A stretch of DNA of 26,721 nt from a bacterium (GCA_041640655.1 JBEPZV010000034.1:1-26721); one strand, 5' to 3'. Numbered from the stretch's first letter, positions 16,468 to 25,640 are shown. Program-made: numbers and translations. The notes: generated by a model not told the origin, from the letters alone.

Positions 16468-19224
16468 ATGGGCGTGAGGACGAAGGACAGTTTCGGCGTT
16501 CGATCCCGACTCTCCGTGGGGGCCCTCTTGGTGGACTATTTCTCTCTGGCGGCTCTGGAGCGCGCGGGAGTGGAGGACGTCGCGCGGTTGCCGTTCTCCT
16601 TGAAGATCCTCGTGGAGAATCTTCTCCGCTTCGAGGATGGTCGGACGGTGACGGCCGAGGACATTCTGGCCATTTGTCGCAGCGTGAGTGGAGAGCGCCG
16701 GGAGCGGGAGATCGCCTTCCGTCCGGCGCGCGTCCTCATGCAGGATTTCACGGGCGTGCCGGCGATCGTGGACCTGGCGGCGATGCGCGAGTGGATGCGC
16801 GCGCATGGCGGCGATCCGCGGCGGATCAACCCGTTGACGCCGGTGGATCTGGTCATTGATCACTCCGTTCAGGTGGATCACTTCGGCACGCCGACGGCCT
16901 TCGCCGAAAATGTGGCGCGGGAGTTCGAGCGAAATCACGAGCGGTATCGCTTCCTGAAATGGGGGCAGCAGGCCTTTGCGAATTTTCGGGTCGTCCCGCC
17001 CGGTATGGGGATCGTGCATCAGATCAACCTCGAATATCTGGCGCGCGTCGTCTTCGTCGAAGATGGGGTCGCGTATCCGGATACGCTCGTGGGCACGGAC
17101 TCGCACACGACAATGATCAACGGTTTGGGGGTGCTCGGCTGGGGCGTGGGGGGGATCGAAGCGGAAGCGGCGATGCTCGGCCAGCCCATCACGATGCTCA
17201 TCCCCGAGGTCGTGGGCTTCAAGGTGACGGGCGAGCTGCCGCCGGGAGCGACGGCCACGGACCTCGTGCTCACGGTCACCGAGATGCTGCGGCGGAAAGG
17301 CGTCGTGGGGAAGTTCGTGGAATTCTACGGGCCGGGTCTCCGGAGCTTGAGTCTGGCCGACCGCGCCACGATCGCGAACATGGCTCCGGAGTATGGGGCG
17401 ACGATCGGCTTCTTCCCCGTGGATGAAGAGACTCTCCACTATTTGCGTCTCACCGGGCGCGATGAAGAGGTGGTGGCGCTGGTGGAGGCCTACACGAAGG
17501 CCCAAGGGCTCTTCCGAAGCGAGGAGATGCCGGATCCGATCTTCGCTGATACGGTCGAGCTGGATCTCAGTACAGTTGAGCCGAGCGTAGCTGGACCTCG
17601 TCGTCCTCAGGATCGCGTCTCACTCCGGCAGTCCCGGCGCGCCTTCCGTCGCGCGCTCCTGGATATGGTCAATGGAGGGGTGTCGAAGCTCGATGCCGCG
17701 CAACTCGCTCGATGGGTAGAGGAGGGGGGACCTGAGCCGGCGCTCGCTCCGCTTCAGAAGCGCATCTCCGTGCGCGTGAACGATCACGAGGTGGAACTCG
17801 GGCATGGAGCGGTCGTCATCGCAGCCATCACCAGTTGCACGAATACCTCGAATCCGGCGGTGATGGTCGCGGCCGGGCTTCTGGCGAAGAAGGCCGTCGA
17901 GCGCGGGCTTCGCGTGAAGCCGTGGGTGAAGACGAGTCTGGCGCCGGGCTCGCGCGTTGTCGTCGAGTACTTGCGCGAGGCGGGATTGCTACCGTATTTG
18001 GAGGCCCTGCGCTTTCATGTGGTCGGTTACGGCTGCACGACGTGCATCGGCAATAGCGGCCCGTTGCCGGAGCCGATCGCCCGCGCGATTCAAGAGGGGG
18101 GACTTGTCGCGGCCGCCGTCTTGAGCGGGAATCGGAATTTCGAGGGACGCGTGCATCCTCTGGTGCGTGTGAACTATTTGGCCTCGCCGCCACTTGTGGT
18201 CGCCTATGCCCTTGTCGGCACAATGGATGTGGACCTGCTCGCGGAGCCGCTCGGTCGTGATCCCGAAGGACGGCCTGTGTTCCTGAAGGACATCTGGCCG
18301 ACGCCTGACGAAGTGCGGGCGGTGATAGCCGGGGTCCTTCGAAGCGAGATGTTCCGCCGAACGTATACCGACGTCTTTCGCGGCGAGGAGCGGTGGCGCG
18401 CGCTCTCGGCCCCTGCCGGGGAACTGTTCGCCTGGGACGAAGCCTCCACCTATATTCGCCGACCTCCGTTCTTCGAAGAATTGCCAATCGAAGCGCCGCC
18501 GCTGGCGGATATTCGCGGGGCGCGCGTATTGCTCGTGCTCGGCGATTCGGTGACGACCGATCATATCTCGCCAGCCGGTTCGATTCCGGTCCAGAGTCCG
18601 GCCGGACAGTATCTGATCGCGCGCGGTGTCGCTCCGCAGGACTTCAATTCCTACGGCGCACGGCGTGGCAATCACGAGGTGATGGTGCGTGGCACGTTCG
18701 CCAATATTCGGTTGCGGAATCTGCTGGTGCCGGGGGTCGAGGGGGGATGGACCGTGCATCTGCCCGATGGAGAACGCTTGACGGTCTTCGAAGCGGCCGA
18801 GCGCTATCGAGCCGAGAACGTGCCGCTTCTGGTCATCGCCGGGAAGGAATACGGTTCGGGGTCCTCTCGAGATTGGGCCGCCAAAGGTCCGCGCTTGCTT
18901 GGCGTGCGCGCCGTGCTCGCCGAGAGCTTCGAGCGCATCCATCGGAGCAATCTCATCGGCATGGGCATTCTGCCTCTGCAATTTCGCGAGGGGGAGAATC
19001 GCGAGACGCTCGGCCTCACCGGACGCGAGGTCTACGACATCGAGGGATTAGCTGGCGGACTCGCGCCGCGTCAGATGGTCACCGTCCGCGCTCGTCGCGA
19101 CGATGGTTCGGAGATCATCTTCTCAGCCATCGCGCGCGTGGATACGCCGATCGAAGTCGAGTACTATCGGCACGGCGGCATTCTCCCGTATGTCCTGCGT
19201 GGGTTGTTGAAAGGCGATTTCTGA
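16468..19224 (+). CDS. acnA: Aconitate hydratase AcnA
   Basis: [70 protein letters not shown] and [21 protein letters not shown]. Confidence 0.98.
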   Translation: MGVRTKDSFGVRSRLSVGALLVDYFSLAALERAGVEDVARLPFSLKILVENLLRFEDGRTVTAEDILAICRSVSGERREREIAFRPARVLMQDFTGVPAIVDLAAMREWMRAHGGDPRRINPLTPVDLVIDHSVQVDHFGTPTAFAENVAREFERNHERYRFLKWGQQAFANFRVVPPGMGIVHQINLEYLARVVFVEDGVAYPDTLVGTDSHTTMINGLGVLGWGVGGIEAEAAMLGQPITMLIPEVVGFKVTGELPPGATATDLVLTVTEMLRRKGVVGKFVEFYGPGLRSLSLADRATIANMAPEYGATIGFFPVDEETLHYLRLTGRDEEVVALVEAYTKAQGLFRSEEMPDPIFADTVELDLSTVEPSVAGPRRPQDRVSLRQSRRAFRRALLDMVNGGVSKLDAAQLARWVEEGGPEPALAPLQKRISVRVNDHEVELGHGAVVIAAITSCTNTSNPAVMVAAGLLAKKAVERGLRVKPWVKTSLAPGSRVVVEYLREAGLLPYLEALRFHVVGYGCTTCIGNSGPLPEPIARAIQEGGLVAAAVLSGNRNFEGRVHPLVRVNYLASPPLVVAYALVGTMDVDLLAEPLGRDPEGRPVFLKDIWPTPDEVRAVIAGVLRSEMFRRTYTDVFRGEERWRALSAPAGELFAWDEASTYIRRPPFFEELPIEAPPLADIRGARVLLVLGDSVTTDHISPAGSIPVQSPAGQYLIARGVAPQDFNSYGARRGNHEVMVRGTFANIRLRNLLVPGVEGGWTVHLPDGERLTVFEAAERYRAENVPLLVIAGKEYGSGSSRDWAAKGPRLLGVRAVLAESFERIHRSNLIGMGILPLQFREGENRETLGLTGREVYDIEGLAGGLAPRQMVTVRARRDDGSEIIFSAIARVDTPIEVEYYRHGGILPYVLRGLLKGDF

Positions 19225-19291
19225 CGCGCGCGTCTCGCCGAGAGGATCGGAGGCCGCGCCTCGGCGGAAATCCCCATGATGGGGTCGCTGC

Positions 19292-19741
19292 ATGTACCGA
19301 CCACGCTATTGCGCCGAATGCGGCCATCGCATCGAGCGGGAGCGATGGCGCTTCTGGCATAGCCGACAGTTTTGCCAAACGTGCGCCCGCGTCCTGGAAC
19401 GACGTCGTCGAATCTGGCTGAGCGCGCTCCTTGTCGTCAGCTTCGCTCTCGGCGTCGGTATCGGTCGCTTCTCGATGCGCGATCCCGCGCCGCCTCCTTC
19501 GCTGTGGATTGAGCGGCTCGCGTCTCCGATGGGGGTGACCCCTCTGCCGGCGGATGGGGGGGGCGTGTCCTCATCATCCGCGACGGACGCCCCTCGGATC
19601 ACGATCTGCGGCGCTCCGACCAAACGCGGGACGCCGTGTCGGCGCCGCGTGCGTGAGGGGGAACGTTGCTGGCAACATCGCCAGGTGGCGACTGAGCGCG
19701 AGCTGAGGGGCGAACCCGCCGCCCCGTCCGGACGCCCCTGA
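19292..19741 (+). CDS. Hypothetical single-pass membrane protein with N-terminal CxxC...CxxC ribbon and C-terminal CGAxTKxGxPC...RCxxH finger (DUF5763/HGGxSTG-like)
   Basis: CAECG...FCQTC, TM segment IWLSALLVVSFALGVGIG, and CGAPTKRGTPCRRRVREGERCWQH. Confidence 0.75.
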   Translation: MYRPRYCAECGHRIERERWRFWHSRQFCQTCARVLERRRRIWLSALLVVSFALGVGIGRFSMRDPAPPPSLWIERLASPMGVTPLPADGGGVSSSSATDAPRITICGAPTKRGTPCRRRVREGERCWQHRQVATERELRGEPAAPSGRP

Positions 19742-19758
19742 GCGAAGCTCTGTCCGCT

Positions 19759-20322
19759 ATGGTGAGGCCGATGGATCCATCCGTGGAATCCAGACCGCAC
19801 CTCCTGATCACGGGACGACCGGGCGTCGGCAAGACGACGCTCATCCGACAGGTGGCCGAGCGCCTGGCTCCTCATGCGGCTGGCTTCTACACCCTCGAAG
19901 TGCGAGACGCCGCGGGTCATCGCGTCGGATTTGAGATCGTCACGCTGGACGGCGAGCGCCGTCTGCTCGCTCACGTGAATTTCCAAACCCCCTATCGCGT
20001 CTCTCGGTATGGCGTGGACGTTCGCGCGATGGATGCGGTCGCCGTCGCGGCGCTGGAGCGCGGATTGACCGAGCCGAGCGTCACCTTCCTCATCGTGGAT
20101 GAGATCGCGCGTATGGAACTCTTCTCGCGCGCCTTCGTTCGTGCTCTGGAACGAGCGCTCCTGAGTCCGAAGCGCCTCATCGCCACGCTCCAGCAGAGCG
20201 CGCATCCGGTGATCGAGCGGATTCGCGCGCGGGACGATGTCGAGCTGTGGGAGCTGACGCCAGCCAATCGTTCGACAATGCTCGCGCGCGTGCTGGAGCG
20301 CGTGAATCCCTCACCGCGCTGA
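19759..20322 (+). CDS. THEP1/NTPase_1 family nucleoside-triphosphatase
   Basis: LITGRPGVGKTT, GFYTLEVR...RVGFEIVTL, RVSRYGVD and LIVDEIARMELFS. Confidence 0.9.
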   Translation: MVRPMDPSVESRPHLLITGRPGVGKTTLIRQVAERLAPHAAGFYTLEVRDAAGHRVGFEIVTLDGERRLLAHVNFQTPYRVSRYGVDVRAMDAVAVAALERGLTEPSVTFLIVDEIARMELFSRAFVRALERALLSPKRLIATLQQSAHPVIERIRARDDVELWELTPANRSTMLARVLERVNPSPR

Positions 20323-20338
20323 ACAGGCTCGCGCGATC

Positions 20339-20578
20339 TCAGGATCCCCTCTTGCGCGAGGCCCGCCATTCGAGGATCACGCCCACCGCAGAACCGAAGA
20401 GACCGATCAGCCCTCCGAGGACGACCATGCCGATCCCAATCAGCGCGCCGATTCCCGTCAGGATGAACAGCAGACCGAAGAAGACAAACCCCGCGCCGAT
20501 GATGAAGAAGAGCAGCTCGATGCCGAATCCCTTCTCGCGCGCCGCCTCCGGCGCCTGTTCCTCTTCCGGCTCCGGCAT
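20339..20578 (-). CDS. Small (79 aa) Gly-rich two-TM membrane protein, hypothetical
   Basis: ATG 20578 follows the SD GGGAGGGGGAG. Acidic N-terminus, about 50 hydrophobic/Gly residues, and a basic tail RASRKRGS. Confidence 0.75.
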   Translation of the reverse strand: MPEPEEEQAPEAAREKGFGIELLFFIIGAGFVFFGLLFILTGIGALIGIGMVVLGGLIGLFGSAVGVILEWRASRKRGS

Positions 20579-20641
20579 ACTCCCCCTCCCTTCGATGTCG
20601 GCGATCGCGCGGATCGCCCCCTGCTCCCCATCTGCGGGGGT

Positions 20642-20657
20642 TGCAATTTGCGTTCCA
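20642..20657 (-). promoter_or_regulatory. Sigma-54 (-24/-12) promoter candidate
   Basis: Minus strand TGGAACGCAAATTGCA: exact GG-N10-GC spacing and one mismatch to TGGCACG-N4-TTGCW, about 64 nt upstream of ATG 20578. Confidence 0.7.
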
Positions 20658-20922
20658 CACAGCGCGCGGCGCGAGCTCGGTAAGGGACGCGCAGACAATC
20701 ATCTCGCAGGATGCTCCATCGGCGCTGCATGCTCCTCGTTCCGCGTGAGGAAGATGGCGCGTCGCGGGGCAGCCGTGTGGGGATTTTCGCGCAGAAGAGG
20801 GGCGTGACCTTCCCGGGATGAACCTCCAGAGGGCCATCTCCGGGAAGGCCTCGCGCCGCTGGAGATGCTCACCTCATCAAAGTGGGGAATAGACTGGCCA
20901 GAGACGTCCTGCGGCGCGGACG

Positions 20923-21132
20923 CTAGAGCTTCACCACGTTCTCCGCCTGCAGTCCCTTGGGGCCTTCCACCAGGTCGAACTCCACGAGCTGTCCTTCCTT
21001 CAACGACTTGTACCCCTCCTCCTGAATCGCCGAGTAGTGGACGAACACGTCGGGGCGGCCATCAGGTTGCTCGATGAAACCATACCCCTTCTGGTTGTTG
21101 AACCACTTCACTCTTCCTCGCATTCTCGGCAT
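20923..21132 (-). CDS. Cold-shock protein (CspA family)
   Basis: [36 protein letters not shown] and [23 protein letters not shown] precedes ATG 21132; an alternative start is at 21123. Confidence 0.97.
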   Translation of the reverse strand: MPRMRGRVKWFNNQKGYGFIEQPDGRPDVFVHYSAIQEEGYKSLKEGQLVEFDLVEGPKGLQAENVVKL

Positions 21133-21319
21133 GACCTCCAACCTCCTGACCGAAGATCCTTCGGGAGCCCGTTCCGAGCGGGCAACCCAATATCACCCAG
21201 GGCGAGCGATGGCGGCCCCGGGGAAGGAGACCGCGAGCCCACGCCTCAAACCGGGGACGTCAGGTCGCGGCTCGCTCTTACCACTTCCACGCACAACCTC
21301 CAACATACCGACGCCGCGC

Positions 21320-21348
21320 ATACTATAGCAAGAGGGCGAGTAAGTCAA
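21320..21348 (-). promoter_or_regulatory. Sigma-70 promoter of the csp gene (implies a ~180-nt 5' UTR)
   Basis: Minus strand TTGACT-N17-TAGTAT preceded by an A-tract (UP-like). Confidence 0.7.
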
Positions 21349-21553
21349 GACTTTTTTCTCCGCTCGTGTGAAGAGGTGGCTGGAGAGGACAGCGGTGATG
21401 ACCAGTCCATGATTCCGGCGATGGTGCAGTCGGTGGGGACTTCGCGCGGGAAGAAGGGGAAGCTCGTCTCATGTTCGCGACACCAGAAGTTGCATCGCCG
21501 GTCCTCAGCGCGGGTGTTCGTCAAGCGAAACGTTCGCGAGCTTGCGATGAGGC

Positions 21554-21940
21554 CTATTCCCGAGCCGCAGCGTCAAGAGGGTCCTGTGATCGGTCTTCCC
21601 TCAAAGCGTTCGCGCAGTGTTCGCAGGGACAGAGGGCGCGGAGTTGAGCGAAGGGATAGATACCCGTGCTGTGTCCATCGCTCCATTGGAAGTGCAAGGC
21701 GTACTGGCCGACCAGCTCCACGCTCAAGATCGTGAGATCCGCCGGGATCGTCTCGGGGACGAGTCTGGGACGACCGGTCAGCTCGTCCACACAGAGCGCA
21801 CAGCGACAGTGCCGTCGGAGATAACTCGCTCGGTACGTGCTCAGATGCCCATCGCCCCAGAGGATTTGGATCTCCGCGGCGCCGATCTTCTTGATCGCGC
21901 TCGGACGAACGGAGGATTCCGTTCCCGGAGAGGTGATCAC
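21554..21940 (-). CDS. DUF971 (gamma-butyrobetaine hydroxylase N-terminal-like) protein
   Basis: I.W.DGH.S.Y...YLR..CRCALC, VGQYAL.F.WSDGHSTGIY and CPCEHC. GTG start overlaps the mrp stop (GTGA) and has SD GAGGAGG. Confidence 0.9.
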   Translation of the reverse strand: MITSPGTESSVRPSAIKKIGAAEIQILWGDGHLSTYRASYLRRHCRCALCVDELTGRPRLVPETIPADLTILSVELVGQYALHFQWSDGHSTGIYPFAQLRALCPCEHCANALREDRSQDPLDAAARE

Positions 21941-23022
21941 CTGGAGACCTCCTCGATTCGAAGAGGAGCTATCCGGTAGTTCACAATGCTGATTTGTGCG
22001 GCCAGTCGTTCGGCGATCTCGCGATAGGCCGTAGCCGCCGGGGAGCTTGGATCAGCGAGCACGATCGGCACGCCAGTGTCGGCCTGCTGGCGGATACGCG
22101 TGTCGATAGGGATCTCTCCCAGGAAGGGGACGCCCAGCGCTTCGCTCGCGTGGCGGGCTCCGCCATGGCCGAAGATCTCCTCGCGCGCGCCGCAGTGCGA
22201 ACAGATGTAGTAGCTCATGTTCTCGATGATCCCCAGAATCGGGATGTTCGTCTGTTGGAACATGCGCAGCGTCTTCATCGAGATCACCAGACCCACGTCC
22301 TGGGGCGTGGAGACGATGACGGCCCCGGTGACGGGCACCGATTGCGCGAGCGTCAGATGGACATCGCCTGTGCCGGGAGGCAGATCCACGAGCAGATAAT
22401 CCAGCTCTCCCCACTCCACGTCGAAGAGGCATTGTTGCAGGGCCTTATGCGCCATCGGGCCGCGCCAGATGAGCGGCTTATCCCCAGGGACGAAGAGCCC
22501 CATGGAGATGAACCGGAGGCCATGATGTTCGGCCGGGAGGATGCGGTTCTCGCGGATTTCCACCTGTTGTCGGTGGCCGAGCATCAAGGGGATCGCCGGG
22601 CCGTAAATGTCCGCATCGAGCAGGCCGATGCGGGCTCCGCTCATGCGCAAGGCCGCGGCCAGATTCACAGCGACGGTGGATTTCCCCACACCGCCCTTGC
22701 CGCTGCCAATGGCGACGATGTTTCGCACGCTCGCGAGCGCCGATCGGTCGAGCGCCGCGTGCGGTCGGACCTCGGCCGTCAGATTCACGCGCACTTCGCG
22801 CACGCCTTCAAGCTGAGCGACAGCGCGTCGTGCCTCTTCCCGCATCCGCTCTTTCACGGGGCAGGCCGGCGTCGTCAGATTGATGTCGAAACTGACGACC
22901 GAATCTTCGATCTTGAGGTTCTTGATGAAGCCCAGCGAGACGATGTCCTGATGCAGATCGGGATCAACGACCTGGCGCAACGCCCGCAGGACATCGCCCT
23001 CGCTGACCGTCTTCCCGAACAT
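21937..23022 (-). CDS. mrp: Mrp/ApbC/NBP35 Fe-S cluster carrier ATPase with N-terminal DUF59 domain
   Basis: V.DPDL..DIVSLG, LTTPACP, SGKGGVGKST, DADIYGP, WRGPM, DLPPGTGD, ENMSYYICSHCG and FLGEIP. Confidence 0.95.
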   Translation of the reverse strand: MFGKTVSEGDVLRALRQVVDPDLHQDIVSLGFIKNLKIEDSVVSFDINLTTPACPVKERMREEARRAVAQLEGVREVRVNLTAEVRPHAALDRSALASVRNIVAIGSGKGGVGKSTVAVNLAAALRMSGARIGLLDADIYGPAIPLMLGHRQQVEIRENRILPAEHHGLRFISMGLFVPGDKPLIWRGPMAHKALQQCLFDVEWGELDYLLVDLPPGTGDVHLTLAQSVPVTGAVIVSTPQDVGLVISMKTLRMFQQTNIPILGIIENMSYYICSHCGAREEIFGHGGARHASEALGVPFLGEIPIDTRIRQQADTGVPIVLADPSSPAATAYREIAERLAAQISIVNYRIAPLRIEEVSR

Positions 23023-23080
23023 GGGGGCTTCCTTTTGGGAGGGGCTCGGCGAAACGTCGGGCGTCTCGTCGAAAGCTCCC

Positions 23081-23413
23081 TCAGACAGTGAAGCTACTGC
23101 CGCAGCCGCACGTCCCGCGCGCGTTCGGATTCCGGAAGGTGAACCCTGAGCCCATCACCGAGCGCACGTAGTCGATCTCCACGCCGTTCAAATACCGCTT
23201 GCTCAATGGGTCCACGAAGACCCGGATCCCATTGATCTCGAGGATCTCGTCGCCACTCTCGGGCGCCTCATCCAGAGCGAGATCGTATTGGAATCCCGAA
23301 CAGCCTCCCGGGATGACCCGCACGCGCAGGCCGACTTGCTCGGGCGAGAGATTCTCGCTCTCGATGAACTTCTTGATCTCAGCCGCGGCGGCTTCGGTGA
23401 TCGTGAGCGTCAT
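23081..23413 (-). CDS. A-type Fe-S carrier (HesB/IscA/SufA/ErpA family)
   Basis: ITEAAA, LRV.V..GGCSGFQY and F.NPNA..TCGCGSSF. SD AGGAGGAGG. Confidence 0.96.
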   Translation of the reverse strand: MTLTITEAAAAEIKKFIESENLSPEQVGLRVRVIPGGCSGFQYDLALDEAPESGDEILEINGIRVFVDPLSKRYLNGVEIDYVRSVMGSGFTFRNPNARGTCGCGSSFTV

Positions 23414-23456
23414 ACGTCGCTACCTCCTCCTGACTGGTTTCTCGCATCAAGGACCA

Positions 23457-23495
23457 ATGTTATCAGCTCTCCCCGAAATAGGCAATATTTTGCCT
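23457..23495 (-). promoter_or_regulatory. Promoter of the Fe-S operon (TTGCCT-N17-TAACAT) whose -35 box is one arm of the palindrome AGGCAA-tatt-TTGCCT (candidate operator)
   Basis: Perfect 6-4-6 inverted repeat at 23480-23495 in an AT-rich patch between divergent genes. The -10 is at 23457-23462 with extended TG. Confidence 0.7.
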
Positions 23496-23508
23496 GAATA
23501 ATTTACGT

Positions 23509-23536
23509 TTGCCGGGGAGGCGAGCTGTGGTACAAT
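23509..23536 (+). promoter_or_regulatory. Putative sigma-70 promoter of the SufR-like regulator
   Basis: TTGCCG-N16-TACAAT with extended -10 TG. Confidence 0.6.
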
Positions 23537-23546
23537 ACACGCGCAT

Positions 23547-24215
23547 ATGGAGCGGGGATTGAACGTCAATGAGTCCACCCGCATGCGCGTCGTCCATCGG
23601 CTCAAGCAGTGGGGGAGCGCGACGGTCGCCGATTTGGCGCGCGACTTGAACCTCTCCGGCGTCAGCCTCCGTCGGCATCTCGACATCCTGGAGCGGGATC
23701 ATTTGGTCACCGCGCACGTTCAACCGCGGGGGCGAGGTCGGCCCGTGAAGGTCTATCGTCTCACGGAGGAGGCCGATCGTTTCTTCCCCGAACGCTACAG
23801 TGAGTTCGCTGTGGACTTGCTGCAAGGGGTGCGCGAGGTCTTTGGCGAACGCGCCCTTCGGCGGCTCTTGCAGCATTGGACGAGCAAACTGATCGAGCGC
23901 ATCAAGGGGCGCTTGATGGGGAAATCGCTACGGGAGCGCGTCCAAGTGCTCACGGAGGCGATGACGGAGATGGGGTTCTTGGCCTCCTGGAGATGCGCGG
24001 GCGCAGGCCGATTCATCCTCACGCAAGCTCACTGTCCGCTGCGGCGCATCGTCTCCGTCTGCCCCGAACTCTGCGAGCAGGAGCTGCGCATGCACGAAGA
24101 GGTCTTGCAGGCATGCGTGACCCGCGAGTGCTTCATGCCGCATGGGGAGGCCGTCTGCCGGTATCAGATTCGCCGTTCCTCTTCGCGAGCGAAAGCCCTC
24201 CCTTCCCCTCGTTGA
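23547..24215 (+). CDS. SufR-like winged-helix transcriptional regulator with C-terminal Cys cluster-binding motif
   Basis: TR..V...LK..G.AT..DLA..L.LS...LRRHL..LE, GRGRP.KVY.LT, FP.RY, and HCP-x-C (C-x12-C) ...E...C.Y. Divergent from the Fe-S genes. An alternative TTG start at 23559 has a GGAG upstream. Confidence 0.85.
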   Translation: MERGLNVNESTRMRVVHRLKQWGSATVADLARDLNLSGVSLRRHLDILERDHLVTAHVQPRGRGRPVKVYRLTEEADRFFPERYSEFAVDLLQGVREVFGERALRRLLQHWTSKLIERIKGRLMGKSLRERVQVLTEAMTEMGFLASWRCAGAGRFILTQAHCPLRRIVSVCPELCEQELRMHEEVLQACVTRECFMPHGEAVCRYQIRRSSSRAKALPSPR

Positions 24216-24266
24216 GATTCCTCACCCCCTCGGGACTGTGGTAGACTTGAAGCGGTCGGGCGCACG

Positions 24267-25013
24267 ATGACGGCGGCGTCGGCGATCATCTACGGCTGGG
24301 CTCCCGTGCGCGAGGCCATTCGCGCTCGCGGACGCGCCGTGCGCAAGGTGCTGGTGGCGCGGGGAGAGCGGCGCCATCGTGTGAACGAGCTCCTGGCTGA
24401 CGCGCGTGGCATGGGCATCCCCGTGCATCTGGTCTCGCGGGGTGTTCTGGACCGCCTGGTCCCGCATGCCGCTCATCAGGGAGTGGTCGCCTATCTGGCG
24501 GCAGGCGAATATGCCGATCCGGAGCAAGTCCTGACCGCGCTCACCCAGGAGGCGATGCTCGTGCTTCTGGATCATGTCGAAGATCCCCGAAACCTGGGCG
24601 CGATCGTGCGCACGGCGCATTGCGCTGGCGCGCAAGCTGTCGTGATCCCCAAGGACCGCGCCGCCGGTCTGACCGATGTCGTCGCTAAGACCTCGGCCGG
24701 GGCGTGGGCGTATACGCCGTTGGTGCGCGTGACCAATCTCGCGACTTTCTGCCGCGAGCTGCGCGAGCGTTCTGTCCGAATCGTCGGCGTCGAGGCTGAT
24801 GGCCCTATCCCCTATACGGAGGCTGAGTACGGGGGCCCTGTGGCTTTCGTCTTCGGCAGTGAGGGGAGGGGCTTGCGCCGCCTCACCCGCGCTCAGTGCG
24901 ATCTCCTCGTCTCCATCCCGATGAGAGGACGGATCAACTCGCTCAATGTCTCAGTCGCCGTGGGGATCGTCCTCTTCGAGGCGCTGCGGCAGCGCGCCAG
25001 GGGGAGCCAGTGA
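24267..25013 (+). CDS. rlmB: 23S rRNA (Gm2251) 2'-O-methyltransferase RlmB (SpoU family)
   Basis: IYG..PV.EA, HQGVVA, LDHVEDPRNLGAIVRTA, KTSAGA, GSEGRGL and IPM.G.INSLNVSVA. Confidence 0.95.
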   Translation: MTAASAIIYGWAPVREAIRARGRAVRKVLVARGERRHRVNELLADARGMGIPVHLVSRGVLDRLVPHAAHQGVVAYLAAGEYADPEQVLTALTQEAMLVLLDHVEDPRNLGAIVRTAHCAGAQAVVIPKDRAAGLTDVVAKTSAGAWAYTPLVRVTNLATFCRELRERSVRIVGVEADGPIPYTEAEYGGPVAFVFGSEGRGLRRLTRAQCDLLVSIPMRGRINSLNVSVAVGIVLFEALRQRARGSQ

Positions 25014-25052
25014 GGGCGAGGGGGGAGAGTTCTCGGAGGACTTCCGTTCGTG

Positions 25053-25079
25053 TGTAACCTCTTCCTTCTCGCCGGCGTC
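25053..25079 (+). promoter_or_regulatory. ECF-type promoter candidate (TGTAAC-N17-CGTC)
   Basis: Matches the AAC/CGT pattern typical of ECF sigma promoters. Lies about 55 nt upstream of ATG 25134. Confidence 0.6.
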
Positions 25080-25133
25080 CTTAGCCTTCGGAGGTGGCCG
25101 AATCGAAAATCTCGCCAATCAGGAGGAATGAGC

Positions 25134-25637
25134 ATGAAACGATGGGTCGCATGGGGCATTGCCTGCCTCGTTCTCGGGATCGGCGCGATGGCTCAGGAGA
25201 AACCGAATCTGAGTGGGACCTGGGTCTTGGATAAGGAGAAGAGCGATCCCCCCGGCATGGGGATGGGCGGACGCGGGGGATTCAACCCGGACGTCACCCT
25301 GATCATCGAGCATCAGGAGCCGGTGCTCAAGATCAAGCGGATCATCAAGACCGAACGCGGGGAGCAAGCGCAAGAGCTGGTCTACACGACCGATGGGAAG
25401 GAGAACAAAAATCCCGGCATGCGCGGTGGGGAACTTCGATCGAAGACGCGGTGGGAGAAGGGCAAGCTGGTGACCAAGGGCACGCAGACGATCGAATCGC
25501 CCATGGGGACGATGGAGCTCGAGATCACCGAGACGTACACGCTCTCGGAGGACGGCAAGGCGCTGATCCTCGAGACGACGACCGTGACGCCGCGGGGCGA
25601 GCGGACGCGCAAGCAGGTCTTCGTGAAGCAGGGATAA
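25134..25637 (+). CDS. Secreted hypothetical protein, probably a lipocalin-like beta-barrel
   Basis: SD AGGAGG 7 nt before ATG 25134; signal peptide MKRWVAWGIACLVLGIGAMA|Q; PNLSGTWVLD (GxW motif); alternating beta-strand pattern. Confidence 0.8.
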   Translation: MKRWVAWGIACLVLGIGAMAQEKPNLSGTWVLDKEKSDPPGMGMGGRGGFNPDVTLIIEHQEPVLKIKRIIKTERGEQAQELVYTTDGKENKNPGMRGGELRSKTRWEKGKLVTKGTQTIESPMGTMELEITETYTLSEDGKALILETTTVTPRGERTRKQVFVKQG

Positions 25638-25640
25638 GGG

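Noticed and set aside
21930..21945. Frameshifted (pseudogene) HCF101-like fusion
   Set aside because: A GTGA overlap with a well-placed GAGGAGG SD indicates two genuine coupled genes.
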